Positions 41,902-50,061 of a DNA stretch of 64,000 bases are shown one piece after another. Position 1 is the first letter of the stretch. Every line of letters begins with the position of its first letter. The notes under the pieces were generated by a model. That model did not search any database, was not told where the DNA came from, and saw only the letters and a program-made list of their open reading frames with translations. The stretch is from a virus (taxonomy: Duplodnaviria > Heunggongvirae > Uroviricota > Caudoviricetes). The stretch covers positions 48,431 through 112,430 of the IMG/VR virus record IMGVR_UViG_3300042474_001151; one strand, given 5' to 3'. Made by a program: the position numbers and the translations under genes.

Positions 41902-42461
41902 TGAATTTTAATTACATAGGAAGTGTGGATATATCCAATATCAAATTAAAATTATTAAATATGAATGAAAGTGTTTGGTTGGAGAATACTATAAGACAAA
42001 CTACATTTGATGTACATAGACACACTGAAACCATTTATTTAATGTGGGATATGGAATCATTGGCTACAAATGTAAAAGGAACTATTCATCCTAATTTTTA
42101 TAATTTTGGTGTTGATAAATTACTTACAATTTTATCTCCTTTATATGAAAAAACATATGGAAATGGAGAATTTATAAGAGTTGTTTTAGCTAAATTAAAA
42201 AAGAATACCAAAATATATCCTCATATAGATAGTGGGGAAAGTTTATCATCTTGCAAAAGAACACATATACCAGTTATATCAAATCCACTTGTTAAATTTA
42301 CAATTGATGATGAAACTAAATTCTTACAAGAAGGAGAAATTTGGGAAATTAACAACCAAAACACACATTCAGTTGAAAATATGAGTGAGATTGATAGAAT
42401 ACATTTTATTATAGATTATATGGTATCAGATAAAATTAAAAAAATAAAATCGTTACTATGA
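41901..42461 (+). CDS. 2OG-Fe(II) oxygenase, Asp/Asn beta-hydroxylase-like
   Basis: IYPHIDSG, RTHIP, HSVEN...RIHFIID. Confidence 0.8.
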   Translation: MNFNYIGSVDISNIKLKLLNMNESVWLENTIRQTTFDVHRHTETIYLMWDMESLATNVKGTIHPNFYNFGVDKLLTILSPLYEKTYGNGEFIRVVLAKLKKNTKIYPHIDSGESLSSCKRTHIPVISNPLVKFTIDDETKFLQEGEIWEINNQNTHSVENMSEIDRIHFIIDYMVSDKIKKIKSLL

Positions 42462-42673
42462 TAGTAGAGCATAAAAGACATATAGCTAAAACCATCTCAT
42501 ATCGTATTTTAAGTACCCTTATAGGGGTTTTAGTAATGTGGTGGATAAGTGGTTCAATTAAGATAGGAGCTGCATTTGGAGTTGTAGAATTAGTGTATAA
42601 ACCAGTTCAATACTATATTCATGAAAGAGTATGGTATAAATTTATAAAATACGGATTAAAAAAGAAAGACTGA
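42458..42673 (+). CDS. small membrane protein, DUF2061-like
   Basis: KRHIAKTISYRIL...YYIHERVWYK; two short hydrophobic segments. Confidence 0.7.
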   Translation: MIVEHKRHIAKTISYRILSTLIGVLVMWWISGSIKIGAAFGVVELVYKPVQYYIHERVWYKFIKYGLKKKD

Positions 42674-43233
42674 TGGATAAATTTCATATTATAAAAAATT
42701 TTTTAACCGAAGAGGAATGTTTTAATATTTTAGTAAAATACAAATCTGAATTAAAACTAAAACCTGCCGAGATAGCTAAAATGGGGGGTAATACAATTAG
42801 TGATAAAAGGAGGTCATCCATAGCGTTTATCGATAGTATAAAAACGATAGATGAAAGACTTAATAATATATTAAAGAATACAATACAAATCAAGGGATTT
42901 GAAGTAACAGGTTTAGGTCCATATCAATTTACGGAATATAAAGTTGGTGAACATTACGATTGGCACACCGATTCATCACCCATTGGAGATGAATATAAGG
43001 GTAGATTTTGTTCTATTGTTATTCAGATTAATGATGAATATGACGGTGGATACCTTCAGTTAAAAGATGAGAATGGTGATAATATTCAATTGGATAAAGG
43101 TACGGGAAATATGTATATATTTTATTCAAATATAACTCACAGGGTGGTACCTGTTACAAGTGGCGTGAGATACTCTTTGGTTAATTGGATTTCATTAAAC
43201 CCCATAGAAAACTTTAAAAAAACAATAATATAA
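42673..43233 (+). CDS. 2OG-Fe(II) oxygenase, prolyl-4-hydroxylase-like
   Basis: YDWHTDS, YDGGYL, HRVVPVTSGVRYSLV. Confidence 0.85.
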   Translation: MDKFHIIKNFLTEEECFNILVKYKSELKLKPAEIAKMGGNTISDKRRSSIAFIDSIKTIDERLNNILKNTIQIKGFEVTGLGPYQFTEYKVGEHYDWHTDSSPIGDEYKGRFCSIVIQINDEYDGGYLQLKDENGDNIQLDKGTGNMYIFYSNITHRVVPVTSGVRYSLVNWISLNPIENFKKTII

Positions 43234-43251
43234 AATATTCTAAAAATAAGA

Positions 43252-43259
43252 TATTTATA
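43252..43259 (+). promoter_or_regulatory. putative late-promoter motif TATTTATA
   Basis: Intergenic, before the ATP-grasp/Hint gene. Confidence 0.45.
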
Positions 43260-43282
43260 TATAAAACTATAACTCATTAGAT

Positions 43283-44734
43283 ATGAAATCACTATTAATC
43301 GCAACAGACTTAATAAAAACAGTCTCAGGAGATATAAAAGTATTGGAAACAAATACAAACGCTCTCGTAAATTATAATTTTAACGACAATATACATTATT
43401 TGGACAATCTTACTACGTTTATCCAAGCCAATCAATTTCAAACGGTACATTGTATATATCCAATTAACTCATCTAATTTTACTAAAAAACTAAAAGAAAT
43501 ATGTGAACCACTAAATATAGAGATTGTTGACCACCTTACGGATGCCGGTTCGGTTACAGTTCCTTACATTGAAGATTCGGAAGATATTTTGATTATTAGA
43601 ATCTCATATGATACAACCGCAATCATTGACGAGGATTATTGTAAAGATAAATTCAAATTACAGAATATTATTAATAATAAGACATATGGTTCTAAAACAT
43701 TTATACCAAACGAGTTAGATAATTTTGAGTTAATACCAGATTTTCAATATTCGGATGATGTACCAAATTTCATTGTAAAAAAGAGATTTCCTAACTACGA
43801 TAGGGAAATTTACCCCAAATTATATAAGATTCAAAATTTGGTGGAATTAAATGAATTAAAGACCACAATAGAATCCGATTGCTACTTACAAGAATTTCAC
43901 CATTCTCAATTGGTAGAAGACAAAAGATGTGTGATTAGAAGTTTAGATCTGTTATATGGTAACAATTTGGACGTATTAAATATTTGTAGTTTTTATAAGA
44001 CAAATCAATTGGCTGAGAATCAATGGGAAAACACATTTAATGAGGATGGGTTGTTGGCTAAAAAAGATAGACCAAAATATATAACAAACACAAATGAAAA
44101 TGCTAGTTCTTTTTGGCCTTATGTTTATGATGTTGATCAAGAATTAATTATGGGTGATGGAGGTAGAAAACCATTTAATGAATTACAAATTGGTAATAGT
44201 GTTAAAACTGTACATATTGATGGGTTAGATTTAGATGAAAGAACTTATAAAATGTTTGAGTGGGTGGGGAATTACAATGATTTCGTATCTAATATATATC
44301 TTAAAGAAACTCAGGTCACATCCATATTTACATCCCCACCAACATCGCAATTATTTTTAAGAGTTACTTTAGACGATGGTGTAACAGAATGGGATGATTT
44401 GAATGAAACACCACTATTAGTAAAGGTTGGTGAAACAATAATTTTTAAGGAGTTCGGAGAACTTCAAATTGGAGATAGTATTGTGACATTTAACTTTGAA
44501 ACTAATTTACCCGAAATTAAAAACGTACAATCTATTGATGTTGTCTTTAAAGATGAACAAGTGTTAGGTTCTATTGATGTTGAACCAGAAGATGTCTATA
44601 TGCCATTAGTATCACAATACATTACAATTATTCAACACAACCAATGTAATAAGGGGTGTAAATCAACAGCATGTGCAGACGCATATTATTGTGGAGACTG
44701 TTCACCTATTTTCTGCGGACCACCCCCAAAATAA
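43283..44734 (+). CDS. putative circularly permuted ATP-grasp domain + Hint domain + 30-aa Cys-rich C-terminal peptide
   Basis: N-term ATDL..GDIKVLETNTN, FIVKKR, YLQEF. Hint-like LIMGDG.RKPFNELQIGNSV ... ELQIGDSI ... IDVEPED ... IIQHN (about 44123-44641). Then QCNKGC...GPPPK. Confidence 0.65.
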   Translation: MKSLLIATDLIKTVSGDIKVLETNTNALVNYNFNDNIHYLDNLTTFIQANQFQTVHCIYPINSSNFTKKLKEICEPLNIEIVDHLTDAGSVTVPYIEDSEDILIIRISYDTTAIIDEDYCKDKFKLQNIINNKTYGSKTFIPNELDNFELIPDFQYSDDVPNFIVKKRFPNYDREIYPKLYKIQNLVELNELKTTIESDCYLQEFHHSQLVEDKRCVIRSLDLLYGNNLDVLNICSFYKTNQLAENQWENTFNEDGLLAKKDRPKYITNTNENASSFWPYVYDVDQELIMGDGGRKPFNELQIGNSVKTVHIDGLDLDERTYKMFEWVGNYNDFVSNIYLKETQVTSIFTSPPTSQLFLRVTLDDGVTEWDDLNETPLLVKVGETIIFKEFGELQIGDSIVTFNFETNLPEIKNVQSIDVVFKDEQVLGSIDVEPEDVYMPLVSQYITIIQHNQCNKGCKSTACADAYYCGDCSPIFCGPPPK

Positions 44735-44761
44735 ATTTAAAAATAAAATAAATTATATATT

Positions 44762-44872
44762 ATGTCAATAAAAACTATATTCGCACCCACAGAAGAGGGA
44801 ACTAAAACAGTCGTTGAAACCACAATACAAGATATGGTTTTGACAATCTTGTCAGATGTTCAATCTTCTTAA
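44762..44872 (+). CDS. 36-aa Thr-rich peptide (not in ORF track)
   Basis: MSIKTIFAPTEEGTKTVVETTIQDMVLTILSDVQSS*. Fills the gap between neighbours, with an A-rich leader. Confidence 0.5.
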   Translation: MSIKTIFAPTEEGTKTVVETTIQDMVLTILSDVQSS

Positions 44873-44893
44873 TTATTTAATTAGTTCATATCC

Positions 44894-45190
44894 ATGTCAT
44901 CAATAGATATACGAGAAATTACATCAGCTTGGTGGGATTCTTATTTTGCAGATGATAAACAAAAAAAATTAGCAAAACAAAGGTTTAATGTTTGTGAAAG
45001 TTGTCCATCGTTAGAACAAAAATTTAAACAAATAAGAAAAATAACGATTAGCGTTTGTGGTGAATGTGGATGCCCAATCGACAAAAAAATATTTTCAAAT
45101 AAGTTTAATGCATGTCCTTTGGGTAAATGGAAAGAAATAGATGAATCACAACCAGAGTTGTTTAAAATCCGAAAAGATAAAATGTTATGA
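44894..45190 (+). CDS. small Cys-rich metal-binding protein
   Basis: CESC...CGECGC...CPLGKW. Confidence 0.7.
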   Translation: MSSIDIREITSAWWDSYFADDKQKKLAKQRFNVCESCPSLEQKFKQIRKITISVCGECGCPIDKKIFSNKFNACPLGKWKEIDESQPELFKIRKDKML

Positions 45191-45786
45191 ATTACCCCTT
45201 TTATCAAGAAGTTATTTTTACGCAAGAAGAATGTAAAAAAATAATAGAATACTCTAAAGTTTATCCAGCATCTGCTGAAAAAAGAAAATTAGAACCTAAT
45301 ATAAATCTCGAAACAAATCGTGCAGAACAACATATACCATCTATTGATGGAAATAAAAAAGGAAAGGCATTCTTTGTTTATGATATTGTCAGAGAAAAAA
45401 ATACGGAATGGGTTTTTGAAAAACTATTAAATTGGTTTCAAAAAGTTTCAAATATTAAATTAAAAGAAACACCCACACTAAATGGTATGACTTTACTTAA
45501 CTATAAAGTTGGGGATTTTTTTATGAAGCATACCGACATATATAAAAATTTTGAGTGGAGGAGATGGACAATAAACATTCAGTTAGGTAATCAATATAAA
45601 GGAGGTGATTATGTTTTATATTTGGATGATACTGAAATTATTTTGAATAAAGAGATGGGTAATGCAATTGCATATTGGGCTGGTACAGAACACGAAATTA
45701 AAGAAATAAAAGAGGGTGAAAGATGGTCAATTGTGTGTTCGGTAGGAAAACATATGATTATCGAAAACGAAAAAAAGTTATTATAA
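45187..45786 (+). CDS. 2OG-Fe(II) oxygenase
   Basis: FMKHTD, YKGGDY, EHEIKEIKEGERWSIV. Confidence 0.82.
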   Translation: MNYPFYQEVIFTQEECKKIIEYSKVYPASAEKRKLEPNINLETNRAEQHIPSIDGNKKGKAFFVYDIVREKNTEWVFEKLLNWFQKVSNIKLKETPTLNGMTLLNYKVGDFFMKHTDIYKNFEWRRWTINIQLGNQYKGGDYVLYLDDTEIILNKEMGNAIAYWAGTEHEIKEIKEGERWSIVCSVGKHMIIENEKKLL

Positions 45787-45787
45787 A

Positions 45788-46483
45788 ATGTCTTTATTAA
45801 TAAATAATGAATTGATTTGGGTATCAGTTCCAAGATGTGCTAGTCACTCAATTGAAACATCTTTTTACAATTCAAAATTAAAAATAGAACATTACGCCAC
45901 TATTTTTAAGGATTTAGTTCCGACTGATGTTGAATTTAAACATCAACATTACAATTTATATGATTTAAATACTAGATGGTTAAATAAAAAAACAATTAGA
46001 ATCAAACGAGATTGGATGGAACGATGGGTATCTGCGTTAGAACATCTTTGGTTTACTATTGAAAAAAACAATGGAACACCAATTATACCATATAAGGAAA
46101 TTGATAACAATTTTATTTATCGAACGTTCACAAAAAAATTTGGGAATGAATTATACTCTGAAGGGGGGCAATATAAAATATTTTATTACTTAATAAAGGA
46201 TTTTGTTCTAACAGAAAGTTTCAAATTAGGAACGAGAACCGGATTATTATGGTCTCAAAATTATTGGTTAAGTGGTGAAAAAAAGTGTGACTTCGAATTT
46301 GATATATATGAATTAGATAAGTTCGCGGATTTTATTGAAAAAAAGTACGGTGAAAAATTAATTATTGAACATCAAAACAAATCAAAAAAGAAGACAAATA
46401 AAATTGTTATAAACGATGATTTAAAGAATCACATATGGGAAGTTTTTGAATCTCCATTTTATAAATCTTCAAAAATTTTTTAA
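45788..46483 (+). CDS. sulfotransferase-like protein
   Basis: WVSVPRCASHSI (PSB-loop-like), RDWMERWVSA. Confidence 0.55.
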   Translation: MSLLINNELIWVSVPRCASHSIETSFYNSKLKIEHYATIFKDLVPTDVEFKHQHYNLYDLNTRWLNKKTIRIKRDWMERWVSALEHLWFTIEKNNGTPIIPYKEIDNNFIYRTFTKKFGNELYSEGGQYKIFYYLIKDFVLTESFKLGTRTGLLWSQNYWLSGEKKCDFEFDIYELDKFADFIEKKYGEKLIIEHQNKSKKKTNKIVINDDLKNHIWEVFESPFYKSSKIF

Positions 46484-46495
46484 TTTTTAATAAAT

Positions 46496-46524
46496 TTGAC
46501 AATGTGGACTTTTTTTCGTATATT
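46496..46524 (+). promoter_or_regulatory. sigma70-like promoter TTGACA-N17-TATATT
   Basis: In the intergenic gap before the SET gene; ATG 8 nt downstream. Confidence 0.75.
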
Positions 46525-46532
46525 CATATCAT

Positions 46533-46904
46533 ATGATCATTAAAAATAAAATTCAATTAGAGGTAAAATATATAGACGAAACAATGGGTTTCGGTGTTTT
46601 CGCTTCACAGGATATTGACGAAGGTACTATCATTGAAACTTGTTATAGTATTAAAACATACAATCAAACGTTTAACCCGTGTTTTGACTATCTTTTCAGT
46701 TTAAGTAACACAGAATCTTTACTACCTTTGGGTTATGGTTCAATATATAACCACAGTTACACACCAAATATACATTGGAGAGTCGTAAACTACGAAAAGC
46801 CCATCATTGAATTTTTCTCATTAAAAAAAATAAAATCGGGCGATGAGTTGTGTCACAACTATGGTGCTCATTATTGGAAAGTTAGAGAAAAAAAATTACT
46901 ATAA
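46533..46904 (+). CDS. SET-domain protein (lysine methyltransferase-like)
   Basis: GFGVFA..DI..G, GSIYNHSYTPN, IKSGDELCHNYG. Confidence 0.85.
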   Translation: MIIKNKIQLEVKYIDETMGFGVFASQDIDEGTIIETCYSIKTYNQTFNPCFDYLFSLSNTESLLPLGYGSIYNHSYTPNIHWRVVNYEKPIIEFFSLKKIKSGDELCHNYGAHYWKVREKKLL

Positions 46905-46905
46905 T

Positions 46906-47580
46906 ATGGGAACCCTTTGGACATTTGGAGATTCGTTTACGGCGGGTGATGGATGTGTGGAAAATATACCTATTAGAGATGGTGATTTTAAATATTATAA
47001 CGAATATAAACAATTAGATAGTGATATATGGCCAAACATATTAGGTGAAACTATTAGATATAATGTAAAAAATATGGGAAAAAGTGGGGCAAGTAATGAT
47101 TATATTTTAGATTCTATTATTGATAATTTTAATATGATAACGATGGATGATGTGGTTATAATTGAAAAAACATTTTACCAAAGATTCGATGTCCCTAAAT
47201 TAAATAGTGATGAATTTCAAACAATATATGGTGAAGCTCTTTATATAATGGATACTGATTTAAAAAAAAATAAATATAATAAAGATAAATTAGAGATTGA
47301 AACAATATTAAATTATGGTGTTTTATTTTGTCAAAACTCGCTGTTTCAGGAAAGACAGAACAAACGATTTCGATTTATTGAAACATTATTAAAATTAAAC
47401 GTAAAAAAAATTTTAATTTGGGATATTGATAGTGATTTAAGAAAATCAATTGAAACAATTTCACGACACACAAAAGGTAAAATAAAGGATTATCATTTTA
47501 GTTTTAATGGTCATAAAGAATTTAGTGAACTTTTATATAAAAAACTATACACTAAAGATATTAAACTCACATTAATTTAA
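46906..47580 (+). CDS. SGNH/GDSL-like protein
   Basis: TFGDSFTAG, GASNDYI, DYHFSFNGH. Start reassigned to ATG 46906. Confidence 0.65.
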   Translation: MGTLWTFGDSFTAGDGCVENIPIRDGDFKYYNEYKQLDSDIWPNILGETIRYNVKNMGKSGASNDYILDSIIDNFNMITMDDVVIIEKTFYQRFDVPKLNSDEFQTIYGEALYIMDTDLKKNKYNKDKLEIETILNYGVLFCQNSLFQERQNKRFRFIETLLKLNVKKILIWDIDSDLRKSIETISRHTKGKIKDYHFSFNGHKEFSELLYKKLYTKDIKLTLI

Positions 47581-48630
47581 ATGAAAAACAAAATAGATTT
47601 AAAAGATTATGTATGTGGTGTGCCATTCGACTCATTGGAAATACATAATAACCAATATTTTGTATGTTGCCCGTCATGGTTAAGTGTTTCGTTTAAAAGA
47701 GATGATTATGAATTGAATGAAATATGGAATAGTGAACCCGTTCAAAATATTAGAGAAAGTATATTAGATGGTTCATTTAAGTATTGTAATAAAGAACTTT
47801 GCCCATTTTTAAGTAAATTGGTAAATTATGGGGTAGCAACGGGCCCAATTAGTTTGAAATCAAATTCACATATTAATAGTTCTATTATGGAAAATGATAC
47901 TCCTAATATATTAATGATGAATTTTGATAGAACTTGTAATTATAAATGTCCATCATGTAGAGTAGATTTAATCGTTGAAAATGGTCAAGGAATAAAGAGG
48001 GTTGAAAAAACAATTGAAGATATTGATAATTATTATTCTGCAAATGTGAAATCATTATACATAACAGGTTCAGGAGACCCATTTGTATCGGTGGCATTTA
48101 GAAATTATTTAAGAAACTTCAACCCTAAAAAATACCCTAAATTAAAATCGATACATTTACACACCAATGCTTCAATGTGGAATAAAGAAATGTGGGATAG
48201 TATGCCAAACATACACAAATATGTGCGCACTTGTGAAATTAGCATAGATGCTGGAACTAAAGACACTTACGAAAATAAAACAAGATTAGGTGGGGATTGG
48301 GAAAACTTGTTAAATAATCTTAAATTCATAAGTACCTTACCAATAAATGTGAAAACGTCTTTTGTTGTGCAAGATTCCAACTATATGGAAATGGAAACAT
48401 TTTATAATTTAATGTATTCTATATTTGGTAAAAAGGTAAATGTATTTTTTGGTAAGATAACCAATTGGGGAACATTTTCCGATGGAGAATTTAAATTAAA
48501 ACAAGTGTGGGATACAGAACATCCCGAACATCACTTATTCAAAAAAGAGTTTAATAAAATATGGAAAAATCAAAACCTTTTTCATAATCTATATGAGTTT
48601 ATAGATAACACTAAGAAAACTTTAATATAA
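47581..48630 (+). CDS. radical SAM protein with N-terminal twitch-like cluster
   Basis: VCGVPF...CCP...CNKELCP; RTCNYKCPSC; GSGDPF. Confidence 0.85.
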   Translation: MKNKIDLKDYVCGVPFDSLEIHNNQYFVCCPSWLSVSFKRDDYELNEIWNSEPVQNIRESILDGSFKYCNKELCPFLSKLVNYGVATGPISLKSNSHINSSIMENDTPNILMMNFDRTCNYKCPSCRVDLIVENGQGIKRVEKTIEDIDNYYSANVKSLYITGSGDPFVSVAFRNYLRNFNPKKYPKLKSIHLHTNASMWNKEMWDSMPNIHKYVRTCEISIDAGTKDTYENKTRLGGDWENLLNNLKFISTLPINVKTSFVVQDSNYMEMETFYNLMYSIFGKKVNVFFGKITNWGTFSDGEFKLKQVWDTEHPEHHLFKKEFNKIWKNQNLFHNLYEFIDNTKKTLI

Positions 48631-48634
48631 TTTA

Positions 48635-49201
48635 ATGGTTATAACAATACTCGCTGAACCAAGAACGGGTTCAACAAATTTGGCAGACTGGTTTAAATCA
48701 AATAATGATTTTACCGTTTTACAAGAACCATTAAATAAATATGGAAAATCATATAAAAAAAATAATCCTATTAATACTTGGATATACAATACACCACATT
48801 TATTAATTAAGGAAATATATGACCCAAATAAAGATTTAAGTGAACTAATAGAATTTTCAGATAAAATAATTATTCTTTATAGAGAAAATAAAAAGGAACA
48901 ATTAGAATCTTGGTTAGTTGCGAAGGTGACCAATAATTGGGGAGGTAAATGGGTAAATAGTAAAATTAATATACCCGACAAAGAATTAAAAATTGAGTTT
49001 TTTAATGAAATGGTAAATGGTTTCGAAAAAGAATATAGGTCATGTGATAATATGTTTAAAATATCATATGAAGAGCTTTATTACAATAATGGTTTTGAAA
49101 AAATTGTGAATTATCTTAATATTGATACAGTTAATAATATTGATTTCCCATATGGTCAAAAATATAGGTTGGAAAACATAGAAACAAATAAATTAATATG
49201 A
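48635..49201 (+). CDS. sulfotransferase-like P-loop protein
   Basis: AEPRTGSTNL, QEP, IILYRENK.EQL.SW, ISYEELY. Confidence 0.6.
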   Translation: MVITILAEPRTGSTNLADWFKSNNDFTVLQEPLNKYGKSYKKNNPINTWIYNTPHLLIKEIYDPNKDLSELIEFSDKIIILYRENKKEQLESWLVAKVTNNWGGKWVNSKINIPDKELKIEFFNEMVNGFEKEYRSCDNMFKISYEELYYNNGFEKIVNYLNIDTVNNIDFPYGQKYRLENIETNKLI

Positions 49202-50007
49202 ATCCATTAAAATATTGGGTCCCCGACACATTCGAAATTTCATCTTACAAATACCCATTAAAAGAAAGAATAAATAAAACTTATACGACCTCCGGTGGGG
49301 ATGATACTGGTAAATGTATTTACACGTACAATGAATTAGGTTTTAGGGGAGACAGTGTGAAAAAAAAAGGATTTAAGATAATGTCAATAGGGTGTTCATT
49401 TACGGAAGGGGTTGGTGTGGACGATACCGAAACTTGGCCGTACCAATTTACTAATTTAATACCAGATGGTGTTAATATGAATTTTGGAACTGGTGGAAGG
49501 AGTAACGATTTTATAACGAGATGTTTATTAACGTATTATGATTTAATAAAACCAGATTTGGTATTAATAATGTATACAAATCCACAAAGAAAAGAAATAT
49601 ACACAAAAGATGGTGGAGTAGAACCATTTATGCCCACTGCCAGTTGGGGTTGGATGGAATTGACCAAAGAAGGACGTGAAGTACAAAATAATTTGGTATC
49701 ACTACAAAACGAAAACGAAGATTTCATAAATTGGTATAAAAATCATTTGCTTATAAAATATTTTTTAGAAACAAAGAAATGTAATTGGGTATGGAATGGT
49801 CATTTTGGTATACCAAACGATTATAATGAATTTAATAGATTTGATGGTGATTACGAAAAACCATTTTTGGATTATGGAGTTGATAAGGTACATCCAGGAC
49901 CAAAACATAATAACGAATATGTTAGACGTTTATTTAATCACATATATATAAATTTTAGAGAGTACTTACCAGAAGACCTAACCCAACCCAAAAAGAGGTT
50001 AATTTAA
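49198..50007 (+). CDS. SGNH/GDSL-like protein
   Basis: SIGCSFTEGVGV, TWP, GRSNDFI, DKVHPGPKHN. Confidence 0.65.
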   Translation: MNPLKYWVPDTFEISSYKYPLKERINKTYTTSGGDDTGKCIYTYNELGFRGDSVKKKGFKIMSIGCSFTEGVGVDDTETWPYQFTNLIPDGVNMNFGTGGRSNDFITRCLLTYYDLIKPDLVLIMYTNPQRKEIYTKDGGVEPFMPTASWGWMELTKEGREVQNNLVSLQNENEDFINWYKNHLLIKYFLETKKCNWVWNGHFGIPNDYNEFNRFDGDYEKPFLDYGVDKVHPGPKHNNEYVRRLFNHIYINFREYLPEDLTQPKKRLI

Positions 50008-50029
50008 TTCAGTCACAATACGAACTCTC

Positions 50030-50040
50030 AAGTATTTATC
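50030..50040 (+). promoter_or_regulatory. putative late-promoter motif AAGTATTTATC
   Basis: Intergenic, before fibre gene 50062. Confidence 0.55.
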
Positions 50041-50061
50041 TAAGTATAATACCATATTTAG

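Noticed and set aside
44123-44641. A conventional splicing intein
   Set aside because: No Cys/Ser at position 1, no block-B His, the residue after HN is Gln, and there is no endonuclease. Splicing is not supported; C-terminal cleavage at most.
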